Below are positions 1 to 10,436 of a stretch of 64,000 nt of DNA, in pieces. The position numbers and the translations under genes were made by a program. How positions within the stretch are numbered: position 1 is the first letter of the stretch; the number at the start of each line of letters is the position of its first letter. This DNA is from Candidatus Moanibacter sp. (lineage in GTDB: Bacteria; Verrucomicrobiota; Verrucomicrobiia; Opitutales; UBA2987). The DNA is taken from NCBI GenBank assembly GCA_965215885.1, contig CBDCEW010000104.1:32001-96000 (forward strand). The letters are read 5' to 3'. The notes beneath the pieces were generated by a model. It did no database searches. It was given only the letters and a program-made list of their open reading frames with translations, and had not been told where the DNA came from.

Positions 1-1
1 T

Positions 2-451
2 ACCGTTTTGGGCGGTCAAGCGGGTGAGCGAGTGGACTGGGTCAGCGCGAAAGCGATCTACGGAGACGATGCGCCGGAGCTGAGAGATCGGGGGTTTGCG
101 GCAGGGAGAGGGCTGGAGGGCGATGTTCTATCATCAGTATTTTTTGATTATGATCGTTCGGTCATCAAAGTCAGTGAACGAGAGAAACTCAGGGAGGTTG
201 CCGAGCAGCTAGTCTCAAACCCGCTTCAAAAACTGCTTATCGAAGGGCATTGTGATTGGCGGGGAACTACCGAGTACAATCTAGGCTTAGGTGATCGTCG
301 GGCCAACAGCGTTATGGAGTATCTCATGGCGCTTGGAGTATCCGATGGTCAAATGGAAACCAACTCCAAAGGGGATCTGGAAGCCGTGGTGGAGGGTTCG
401 GACGAAGATCGAGTACACGACCGCCGCTCGGATCTCATCATCCTCCGTTAG
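2..451 (+). CDS. pal: OmpA/Pal-family peptidoglycan-associated protein (5' partial)
   Basis: VFFDYD and IEGHCDWRGTTEYNLGLGDRRA motifs of the OmpA C-terminal domain; the frame is open from the window edge. Confidence 0.85.
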   Translation, partial: TVLGGQAGERVDWVSAKAIYGDDAPELRDRGFAAGRGLEGDVLSSVFFDYDRSVIKVSEREKLREVAEQLVSNPLQKLLIEGHCDWRGTTEYNLGLGDRRANSVMEYLMALGVSDGQMETNSKGDLEAVVEGSDEDRVHDRRSDLIILR

Positions 452-606
452 GAATTTGTCGGACCCAAACCCGCAGATTTCACTATGGAGTGAAGCGACA
501 CCCTCGTACCTTCGGGTTAGGGTCCGACAGATTCTTTTCCAGGAGCCTGTTGGACGAGTATTTTTACTTGCCCGTAATCCGACCACAAAGTCCGAAAGGC
601 TCCTAG
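449..606. repeat. Two adjacent MITE-like inverted-repeat elements between convergent pal and tpiA
   Basis: gaatttgtcggacccaaacccg pairs with cgggttagggtccgacagattc (about 452-534); aggagcctgttggac pairs with gtccgaaaggctcct (541-604). The outer ends coincide with both TAG stop codons. Confidence 0.65.
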
Positions 607-1385
607 CCTTGCACCTTTTCGTGGGCGATTTCGACCAGCTTGATAAAGGCCTTCGCCTCCAGTGAGGCGCCACCCACAAGTCCACCGTCTATGTCGGGTT
701 GATCGAGTAAATCGGAAGCGTTATCCGGTTTCATTGAACCGCCATAGAGAATTCTTATTCGATTAGCCAGTTCATCACTAAATTTTGCGGCCAGCATTTT
801 TCGTATTTCGTGATGGACCTCTTGTGCCATATCGGGAGAAGCCGTAACACCGGTGCCGATCGCCCAAACCGGTTCGTAGGCGACGAGGAAACGGTCCAAC
901 TTTTCCTCAGGTACATTGGCAAGTCCACCCTCGATCTGCCGACCCACGATATCCAGACTCTCTCCCCGGTCCCGCTCCTCCTGTGTTTCACCCACGCAAA
1001 GGATCGGTTTCAGATTACTCCGTAGCGCGGTAATGACTTTCCGATTGATGAAATTGTCGCTCTCCTCGAAATAGATGCGTCTTTCGCTGTGTCCCAATAT
1101 TACGAAATTGCAGAATAGAGCTCTCAACATTTCAGCTGATATCTCTCCGGTATAGGCGCCATTGGTTTCGGGATTCATATTCTGAGCCCCCAGTTGCACA
1201 TTTGAATCCTCAATCACATTCGCGACACACTCCAGAGCCGTATAGGGTGGACACACCGCCACGGAGGTGTCCGTAAGATGACCCACTTCATCCTTAATCA
1301 CCTGTACAAGTTCGGTGGCATCAGAAGAAGCATAGTTCATCTTCCAATTCCCCGCGATCAGGCATCTTCGATGATTGTTTTGCAT
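603..1385 (-). CDS. tpiA: Triosephosphate isomerase
   Basis: AGNWKMN, GHSERR, AYEPVWAIGTG and LVGGASL motifs. Confidence 0.98.
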   Translation of the reverse strand: MQNNHRRCLIAGNWKMNYASSDATELVQVIKDEVGHLTDTSVAVCPPYTALECVANVIEDSNVQLGAQNMNPETNGAYTGEISAEMLRALFCNFVILGHSERRIYFEESDNFINRKVITALRSNLKPILCVGETQEERDRGESLDIVGRQIEGGLANVPEEKLDRFLVAYEPVWAIGTGVTASPDMAQEVHHEIRKMLAAKFSDELANRIRILYGGSMKPDNASDLLDQPDIDGGLVGGASLEAKAFIKLVEIAHEKVQG

Positions 1386-1499
1386 AATATTGAAAGATCA
1401 ATTTAGGTAGCAGTTGCGACTGTGCAATATCTTTATTGAGATTTTTGAGGCTACTGAATATTCCATTTGCGTAACGGTGTTCACCATCTCATCGCAGTC

Positions 1500-1725
1500 G
1501 TAGGTAATCGACTATCGACGACGATTATGACGACGACATTCGAGTGAAGCTCACTTCCCTCTGATCACTTCCAGGCTTCCATCGCATCTTCCGCTTTCGC
1601 GTATTTAGCGGGCTCATGAGCCTTCGATAACGATTACGAGGACGAGAACGATTTCTGAACTCTCTCGATGAAAGAAAGTATTGTTGAGATATGCCCTCTT
1701 ACGCGTTCTTTCGTGGCGATTCCTG
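1500..1725. repeat. Degenerate short-period (GACGATTAC-like) intergenic repeats
   Basis: cgactatcgacgacgattatgacgacgac and cgataacgattacgaggacgagaacgatt between tpiA and pgk. Confidence 0.5.
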
Positions 1726-1741
1726 GAGGCCGATTGAACTG

Positions 1742-2947
1742 CTATTCCACAGTATCCAGGACGCTCACTCCGGGAAGTTCAGTGCCTTTCAGGAATTCGA
1801 GGCTGGCACCTCCACCGGTGCTGGCAAAAGTGACGCGATCTTCGTAGCCGGCCGCCCTTATCGCCTTGACCGAATCCCCTCCCCCAATAATTGAAAGCGC
1901 CGCGGCATTCGCGGCTACGGCCTTTGCGAGAGCGAAAGTTCCCCTGCTGAAGCTGTCGAGTTCGAAAATTCCCATGGGCCCATTCCAAAGTATCGTTCTG
2001 GCGATCGCTATTTCCCTCTCGTACTGTTCAACAGTCTTTGGGCCGATATCAGCGCCCTCCCAATTGTCGGGAATGTCACCCATGACAGTCGCTGTTTCCC
2101 CTACCCTACCCGTCCTGAAATCGATCATATCAGTGACGACGAAGTCGATCGGCAAATGGAATTTCACACCACACTCCCGCGCTTTATCCATAACCGCCCT
2201 GGCCAATTCGACTTTATCACTTTCCGCGGGGCTATTCCCCACACTCTGTCCCCTGGCTAGTAGAAAAGTGTAGGCCATCGCTCCACCCACTAAAATCGTA
2301 TCGGCCTTATCGAGTAAGGAATCAACCACGAGGATTTTATCACTTACCTTCGCTCCCCCTAACATTACTACGAAAGGACGTCGCGGGTTGGTGGTTTTTT
2401 CCCCCAGGAAATGAAGTTCCCTCTCGATGAGAAGTCCTCCAACTCTTACTGGTATGTGGGCCGTGACCCCTCTTGTGGAAGCGTGCGCTCGATGTGCAGT
2501 ACCGAAGGCATCGTTTACGTAAATCTCTCCAAGTTTACCCAGCGATTGGCCAAACTCCCGATCATTTTCTTCTTCGCCCTTATGAAAGCGCAGATTTTCC
2601 AGAAGGACAATCGACCCGATCGCCATATTTTCGACCGCCTCCTCAACAACTTTTCCCACGCAGTCTTCGAGAAAGATCACGGGATGTGCGAGGAGTTGAG
2701 AAAGCGCTGCTCCCACCGGCGCGAGGGAGAATTTCGGCAATCGCTTCCCTTTTGGCCTTCCCAAATGGCTTGCCAGGACTACTCTTGCGTCCCGTTCCAG
2801 CAGATAGCGGATAGTCGGAAGCGAAGCGCGGATGCGTGTATCGTCGGAAATCTCACCATTTTCATCCAACGGCACATTAAAATCGACCCTCACGAGGACT
2901 CGCTTCCCGGCCACTTCAACGTCTCTTACTGTCTTGATCTTCGGCAT
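1742..2947 (-). CDS. pgk: Phosphoglycerate kinase
   Basis: RVDFNVP, SHLGRP, LLENLRF, NDAFGTAHRAHAS, GGAKVSDK and STGGGASLE motifs; an alternative GTG start lies at 2953. Confidence 0.98.
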   Translation of the reverse strand: MPKIKTVRDVEVAGKRVLVRVDFNVPLDENGEISDDTRIRASLPTIRYLLERDARVVLASHLGRPKGKRLPKFSLAPVGAALSQLLAHPVIFLEDCVGKVVEEAVENMAIGSIVLLENLRFHKGEEENDREFGQSLGKLGEIYVNDAFGTAHRAHASTRGVTAHIPVRVGGLLIERELHFLGEKTTNPRRPFVVMLGGAKVSDKILVVDSLLDKADTILVGGAMAYTFLLARGQSVGNSPAESDKVELARAVMDKARECGVKFHLPIDFVVTDMIDFRTGRVGETATVMGDIPDNWEGADIGPKTVEQYEREIAIARTILWNGPMGIFELDSFSRGTFALAKAVAANAAALSIIGGGDSVKAIRAAGYEDRVTFASTGGGASLEFLKGTELPGVSVLDTVE

Positions 2948-2971
2948 TAACACAAAAGTTGATATTCAGCA

Positions 2972-3032
2972 CTCCAATTCGTAAATAGGGTGATCCCGCT
3001 GGGTGGGACCGAAGCGAATTTACGAATTGGAG
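2972..3032. repeat. 15-bp perfect inverted repeat (hairpin/mini-MITE) upstream of pgk
   Basis: ctccaattcgtaaat (2972-2986) pairs with atttacgaattggag (3018-3032). Confidence 0.65.
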
Positions 3033-3349
3033 CAATTAGTAAACCCCATAGTCTCAATCGCCTTCGAAAGGACGGGTTGTTTCTTGTTTTTATTTTGGGA
3101 GTTTTGAAAAACACACCGAAAGTGGCGATACCGAAATGTCCTTTCGAAGGCTAAAATACGCTAAAGCGGAATAGGAAATTAAAGAGGGTTCTTGCTCAAT
3201 ATACCAGGGGAATTGAATATTGAACTTTAGATGCCAAAACATTGTCATTTCAAAGACAACGTAATAACAAGAATCTAAGGCTTTAACTGGAGAAGAGAAT
3301 TGAATAAGGAAAGCAGGAACTTCAAAGTATTGCGGTCGAAGCGGCCCAC

Positions 3350-3470
3350 CCGAACATCGAACATTCAACATCGAACATTGAACTCCTAAGGTCCCTGCTT
3401 CGATCTTGGGCGTTGGACTTTCGATGTTGGATGTTCTCTCCGCGTCTCCCCGTCTCCGTTTCTCCCCCTC
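3350..3470. repeat. 7-nt-period inverted repeat array followed by an 8-nt-period repeat
   Basis: cgaacatcgaacattcaacatcgaacattgaac faces gttggactttcgatgttggatgttc; then tctccgcgtctccccgtctcc. Confidence 0.6.
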
Positions 3471-3598
3471 CGCTCCTTTGGTTGCCCGTTCGAGAGCCTC
3501 AGGGCCCTGAGCCAGTCGCAGGGCGGGTAGGCTGCGCCAGGTGGCTTCGTGCTTCCCTGGCACGGCGCAGCCTTGCGGAGACGCCTCAGTGGTGCTCT

Positions 3599-5547
3599 GT
3601 GTCCCTTCTTATCACTATTCTCTTCCTCTTTCCCGGGACAACTTCCGCGAATGAGCTACCGCCGCTCATTCCACTTGAGGATTTCTTTCGCAATCCGGAG
3701 AAGACGAGCTTCCAGCTCTCACCTGGCGGAGAATACGTGGCCTATCTGGCGCCCTGGCAGAAGCGCCTCAATATCTACGTTCAGAAAGTCGGTGAGAAAG
3801 AGGGCGAACGAGTAACGAATGTGGCGGAACGAGACATCGCTCGCTATCTCTGGGTCAGCGACGATCGACTCGTCTATCTCAAGGACGAGGCAGGAAACGA
3901 GAACTGGAGCATTTTCGGCATCAGTCGCACCGGTGGCGAGGCACAGGATCTGACTCCTTTTGCGGACGTTCAGGCCCGCCTTATCGAGGCTTTGAGGTTT
4001 AACCCGGAGCATGTCCTCATTTCTCTCAATAACCGGGACAAACGCTTTCACGATGCTTATCGCTTGAACGTGAACACGGGCGACATCGAACTTCTGGTCG
4101 AAAACAACCGGAGCTACGTAAGTTATCGCGCCGATCACAGTGGCATCATTCGCCTCGCCACAGCCACAGACGGCGTAAACGTGACTCTCTTCTCGCGTAA
4201 ATCAGAAGAAGATGAATTCAAGCCCATTCTACGCACGAATTTTCGCGAGAGGGTTAAACCGCTATTCTTCACTTACGATAATCGCCATTTTTTCGCGTCA
4301 TCAAACCTTGGCCGTGACAAAACAGCCATCTTCGTGATCGACCCGGAGACGGGTGAGGAAATCAAGAAGGTATACGAGAACCGGTTGGTCGACGTATACC
4401 GGGTCCACCGTTCCGATAAACGCAAGGTCGTCGAGGGCGCGAGCTATAACTTCGAAAAATGGGAGCACACATTTTTCGATAACTATGCACGTGACATCTT
4501 TCAGCGTCTGGAGGGCAAATTCCCGGGTATGGAAGTCTCCATCGGCTCCCGCAACCTGGAAGAGGATCAGTATCTGGTTAGAACCAGGAGCGTGAAGACA
4601 CCCGGCTCTTACTATCACCTCGATCTCGCCACATTTGAATTGACCCTCCTCTCGGACATCGCGCCATGGATTGACCCCGTTCAGATGGGTGAAGTCCATC
4701 CCATCGCCTATCTCAGCCGGGACGAACTCACTATTTACGGTTATCTTACTTTGCCAAAGGGTGTGAAACCTGTGAATCTGCCTGTGGTCATCAACCCGCA
4801 CGGCGGTCCCTGGTCACGCAACAGCTGGAGATATAGCGCTAAGACGCAGTTTCTCGCCAACCGTGGTTACGCCGTTTTACAGATGAATTACCGCGGGTCG
4901 ACTGGATATGGCCGCACGTTTTGGGAAGCGAGTTTCAAGCAATGGGGCAAGAAAATGCTGGATGATGTTACGGACGGCGTGCGCTGGCTCATAGCGGAAG
5001 GTGTGGTCGATCCCGAACGCGTTGGAATCTATGGCGTCCTCCTTTGGATCTCGGTTACCGCTCCGCTCGGACATCGCGCTCCTTTGGAGGTTACACCACT
5101 CTAGCAGCTATCACCCTTACCCCTGAGCTTTACGTTTGCGGGGTGGACTACGTAGGCATCTCCAACATTTTCACCTGGTTGGATTCCTTCCCACCCTACT
5201 GGGAGTCGTGGCGGGAAATGGCCTATGAAATGGTGGGCCACCCAGAGAGAGATGAGGAGTTGCTGAGAGCCGCTTCCCCGGTTTTCCACGTCGAAAGGAT
5301 TCGGGCGCCTCTCCTTATCGCGCAAGGCTCAAACGACCCAAGGGTAAAGAAAGCAGAGTCTGATCAGATGGTGGAAGCATTGCAAAGTCGCGGCATCGAT
5401 GTACCTTACATGGTAAAGGAGAATGAGGGTCACGGCTTCCGTCTGGAAGAAAACCGCCTGGAATTCTACCGGGCCATGGAACAGTTCCTCGCCAAACACC
5501 TCGGTGGACGCCTCGGAGAGGGTAAAGACGTGCTCGGGTCGCTATAG
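3599..5547 (+). pseudogene. S9-family (prolyl oligopeptidase/acylaminoacyl) peptidase, frameshifted at the catalytic Ser motif
   Basis: LIPLEDFF, NPHGGPW and NYRGSTGYG in ORF 3413-5104; SFGGY, GSNDPRV and NEGHGF in ORF 5044-5547; about 41 extra bases at 5039-5079; start codon uncertain. Confidence 0.85.
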
Positions 5548-5551
5548 CCGC

Positions 5552-6622
<1,071 letters not shown>

Positions 6623-6877
6623 TCACAGAGATTGCAATCTCGTGGAAGTTTGTGGCGGCTCCCGGGAGGGCTACCGCGTACGGGAATAGAGCCGAAGGCG
6701 TCTCACCGACTCCTCATACAGATAAAGATCCGACTACTGAAATGTGCCGCCTCTCTTTTGGCAAGTGTTTAAATCCGCTACGGCCTGACTCAGGCTTGGG
6801 ATGCAACCAAATTGGTAAGTGCTACCATGGAGAAAAGAATTGAACAAAAGGAAACCCTGTTCGAAGAGTCAGCGATC

Positions 6878-7270
6878 TAACCGCGGAGCACGCAAAGGAC
6901 GCAGAGAGATGGCAAAAAGTTGGCGGATAAAACATCAAACGTGACGAATTGCAGATCGTAGCGTTCTCGCTTACCGGAAAGAGAGTAAGAATAATTGCAA
7001 CGGATTGAAGGACAGCAGCGGATTCTCTCGAAGTAGCCCATGGTTGCGATAGAGATCACGAATGATCGTAGAGAAGCCAAGGAATCCTTGCTCTGTATCT
7101 GTTGCTGCGCTTTCATCCCTTGCTATTAAATCTAGCGTTCGAAGAAGTGAGATTTTGCCGCAAAGCACGCGAAGATCGAGAAGAGATGAAGAGGGAAAGC
7201 CGCAAAAAAGCGCAAGAAACGCAAATACCTGAAGGGAAATTTTCGCGTCTTTTGTGCCTCTTTGCGGCCA
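6878..7270. repeat. 9-nt-period CGCAAAG-type repeats, including an inverted copy
   Basis: accgcggagcacgcaaaggacgcagag; gccgcaaagcacgcgaag; gccgcaaaaaagcgcaagaaacgcaaa; inverted ttttcgcgtcttttgtgcctctttgcggc. Confidence 0.55.
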
Positions 7271-7320
7271 ATATAGATCCAGCCGGGATAAGCTGCGGTA
7301 GTCCGACTGCCAAGAAGAAC

Positions 7321-7458
7321 TATTGGACACTCCTCGGCCTTTCTTGGGGCACTACTCTGGGCCTGGCCTACGCGCAGGTGCACCCCCAGCGAGTCGCCGC
7401 TGCGGTCTTCGGACTGGTAACGACGACGTTGCGCCGCGAAGTTGAGAGGTTCAAGTGA
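7321..7458 (+). pseudogene. Proline iminopeptidase (alpha/beta hydrolase) internal fragment
   Basis: WTLLGLSWGTTLGLAYAQVHPQRV matches the GxSWG nucleophile region of prolyl aminopeptidases; no N- or C-terminal part is present. Confidence 0.7.
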
Positions 7459-9913
7459 TTCGGCCCTTCTGCTTAGGATTCTCCTCCAGCCAGAGTCCAC
7501 AGCTCAGGGGAGGCAGGAGAAGTACTCCTTCATTGAAGGAGAGTTCGGTGTCACGGAGCCCTTCGCGATCAAATTGCGCCTGATCCGCAAGAAGTAGAAA
7601 ACGGCTCATGTCCTGGCCGTCGAATGGAATAGTAATGGCGCGCTCATGGGGGTTGACTGCGAAGAGAAGCCTGCGGCAGACAAGGGACCGGCGGGCGTTG
7701 TAGAGAACGGCTACACCTGTGCTCTCCGGAGCGATCATGAATTCGAGGAAATGCGGAGGTGGTGGCAACTCGTGGCGAAAGGCCCTACCCTCTTCCGAGA
7801 GACGGAATCGGATCCAACTTCTGAAGTACTCTTGGGTATTCGAATAGGTTATTGCCCGCTCGTAATCGATAGCGTTGAGATCGCCTCTCATATAAGTGTT
7901 TCTTACCCCTCTTTTTGAGCGAAGCATGTCCTGACCGGCAGAGAGCATCGGAATTCCCAAAGAACTCATGAGGACCGCGATAAGCAAGTGTGTGCGGCGG
8001 CGATCGTTAGCGGTCGGGACGGAACCATCTCTGTTTTCATTCTCGGTGATGAGGTCGAGCCAGCAGTGATCATCGTGCGATTCAACGTAGTTTACAGTCT
8101 GTGTAGGCCAGGCGGTCAAATAGCCCAAAGAGCCATTGAGATAGTAGAGAAAACCTTCAGAAGTACCGTTTCCGAGCAGATATTCCCGCATGAAGTCGCG
8201 ATAACCGTCGTTCCAAGAAGCGTAGCCAGTGGTTTTCAGGTTATGGCCGATATGCCCCCGAAGGCTCCATGGTTCGGCGATGAGAATTACCGAGGGCTTA
8301 ATGCGCTTTAGACGGATCTCGATCTCCAGGAGGAGCTCAATGCCGAGAATTTCGGCGAGATCGAACCGGAAACCATCGACGTCGAAGACCTCGATAAAAT
8401 GCGTGAGGCTATCTATGATGAGTCGACGACCCATTGGCGTGTCGCAACGCAAGGAATTGCTGCAGCCACTCCAGTCGATGTGCTCGCCATCCCGATCGAC
8501 AAGAAAGTAGTATTGCTTATCGATAAATAGAAGATGGTTCGGGAGACCGACGTGATTATAAACAACGTCGATAATGACGGCCAACCCCTGTCTATGGAAT
8601 GCTGCCACCAGTTCCTGAAATTCTCTGATCTGCGAACCCTCTTCGGGATTCAGACAATAGCGGGAGCATGGTGAAAAAAAGTTTACCGGCATATACCCCC
8701 AGTGATACTCCTCAACACCACCGGCGTCGAACTCGTGAATGGGCTGAAGTTCGATCGCGTTTACGCCGAGGCGAGTGAGATAATTACCTTCCGATTCGAC
8801 CCACTTCCTAAGGCCCGTAAAACCGAGCCTTTCGCGATCTTCCAACTCGATTGGAGCCAAGGAGACAAGGTCTCTGACATGCCCCTCAAGAATCACCAAA
8901 TCGTGCCAATTGGGAGGATCGAAAGGTACCGAAGTTTGAGGAATTTTCCTTCTGTCTACGATTAATCCCGGACCTTCGGGCCCCATTGCCGCCATTGCAT
9001 AGGGATCGAGGATATCCCTGGTAGCGTCGAAATTGGCACAGAATTGTCTATTCGATCCGTCTATCCTGTAACGATAGAACCACCCGGAAAGATCCTCTGA
9101 ATACTCTCCTTCCCAGACGCCCTGAGCGCGCCGCTTCAGCTCGATACTCTCGATATTCGGATCTTTAAGTTTGTCGTACAAGATCACCTCAACGCAACGT
9201 GCGCGCGGCGAAAATATCCGAAAAGTGGTGACCGCACCATCCACCATCGCGCCAAGCGCAAGATCGGATTTCAAGGTGAGAAAAATATCGCCCGGTTCGA
9301 TTGCCAATTGTTCCTCGTGGTCCGGCTCGCTCCAGAGCAACTCTATCTTTTCATCTAACGCGCAATCCTCCTTGAATTCGAATTCGAATATATGTTTACC
9401 CGTCCGATGAGGATCGATCCTGAAATTGCGCACCCCGCGGGGATCGAAGACCGCGTTTGGCGCTTCTGGAGGAATCTCCAGCCACTGTCCGTTTTGCGTT
9501 ACGAACTTAAAGTCAGCAGGATAATTTGCCAGGCACCTGCCGCGCCCAACGCCGAGAATGAGATAGGAATTACCGGAGACTTCCTTCGGCCGCAGCTGCC
9601 ACTCCCTATCCTCAATAACTGCTCCCCAACTATTAAAAGTGCCGGCCACATAGAGGCGACTAAGGGGCCAGTCTACTTGCGGGTATGCCTTCGGTAATAC
9701 CACGAAGATGATCCTCTCGCCATCAACAAAGTAGCCGCTCCTTTCAGCATAGTAGAAGGGGTCGGCGCGCACAATCCGGGCAAGGTGTTGCCTTCCCGGC
9801 GTATGCCAGATGGGTGGAGGAGCTTCCCTCTCCCAATCGCGATTCAACTCTACTATTCCGGAACGTTCCGCGATCCACCGTGCATAGGCGATTTTTCCGC
9901 CGGAATTCTTCAC
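7451..9913 (-). CDS. GH13 pullulanase/glycogen-debranching enzyme with N-terminal CBM48-like modules
   Basis: YHWGYMP, DVVYNH, DGFRFDLA, IAEPW and YVESHDD GH13 regions; N-terminal YVAGTFNSW and FKFVT. Confidence 0.9.
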   Translation of the reverse strand: MKNSGGKIAYARWIAERSGIVELNRDWEREAPPPIWHTPGRQHLARIVRADPFYYAERSGYFVDGERIIFVVLPKAYPQVDWPLSRLYVAGTFNSWGAVIEDREWQLRPKEVSGNSYLILGVGRGRCLANYPADFKFVTQNGQWLEIPPEAPNAVFDPRGVRNFRIDPHRTGKHIFEFEFKEDCALDEKIELLWSEPDHEEQLAIEPGDIFLTLKSDLALGAMVDGAVTTFRIFSPRARCVEVILYDKLKDPNIESIELKRRAQGVWEGEYSEDLSGWFYRYRIDGSNRQFCANFDATRDILDPYAMAAMGPEGPGLIVDRRKIPQTSVPFDPPNWHDLVILEGHVRDLVSLAPIELEDRERLGFTGLRKWVESEGNYLTRLGVNAIELQPIHEFDAGGVEEYHWGYMPVNFFSPCSRYCLNPEEGSQIREFQELVAAFHRQGLAVIIDVVYNHVGLPNHLLFIDKQYYFLVDRDGEHIDWSGCSNSLRCDTPMGRRLIIDSLTHFIEVFDVDGFRFDLAEILGIELLLEIEIRLKRIKPSVILIAEPWSLRGHIGHNLKTTGYASWNDGYRDFMREYLLGNGTSEGFLYYLNGSLGYLTAWPTQTVNYVESHDDHCWLDLITENENRDGSVPTANDRRRTHLLIAVLMSSLGIPMLSAGQDMLRSKRGVRNTYMRGDLNAIDYERAITYSNTQEYFRSWIRFRLSEEGRAFRHELPPPPHFLEFMIAPESTGVAVLYNARRSLVCRRLLFAVNPHERAITIPFDGQDMSRFLLLADQAQFDREGLRDTELSFNEGVLLLPPLSCGLWLEENPKQKGRIT

Positions 9914-9959
9914 TGCATATGAATTTTATGTACTATTGAAATCGCTCAGCGATTGTTCA

Positions 9960-10193
9960 TGTTTAGCGTTTTTGAGGCTGCCCCGGTCTTGTGCCGGGGT
10001 GGCGCACGCTATACAGCTACAATACACGATTGGCACCCCATTCGCCCCGCCCGTCCCTTCTCGCCCCAGTCCCGGTGCGTCGGGACTGGGGTGAGAAGGG
10101 GGGTCGGCAGAGGCACTCGGTGTGTAGCAAGAAACGTAGGCGACCTCGGCACAAGACCGGGGCAGCCAGCATAAGAAACCATCACGCTAAACA
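9960..10193. mobile_element. MITE/REPIN-like element of about 234 bp
   Basis: 21-bp perfect IR ggctgccccggtcttgtgccg (9976-9996/10147-10167); outer IR tgtttagcgt/acgctaaaca; inner 11-bp hairpin at 10064-10091; partial copy at 14171-14211. Confidence 0.7.
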
Positions 10194-10436
10194 CGTAGGA
10201 GCGATTTCCATTGTCAAGATAAGACCAAGCGATTTTGACTGGGCTATGGCAACTCGCTCTGTAAATGTCGATCGAGTCCTTGCTCGGCCGCATGGCAGAG
10301 CGATTTGGAATCGGTCGGTGGTCGTATCTCCAGCAATCCACTGTCGCACTAATATGGCGCATTGTTTCCGCAAATTCCGGAAAGCCTGTAGCGAGCCTCA
10401 TAGTCGAGGGGCAATGCGCGACAGATTCCTAGGAAA

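Noticed and set aside
3090..3563. 157-aa minus-strand ORF, and similar ORFs at 6971-7500, 9991-10440 and 32069-32586
   Set aside because: They are translations of repeat-rich intergenic DNA
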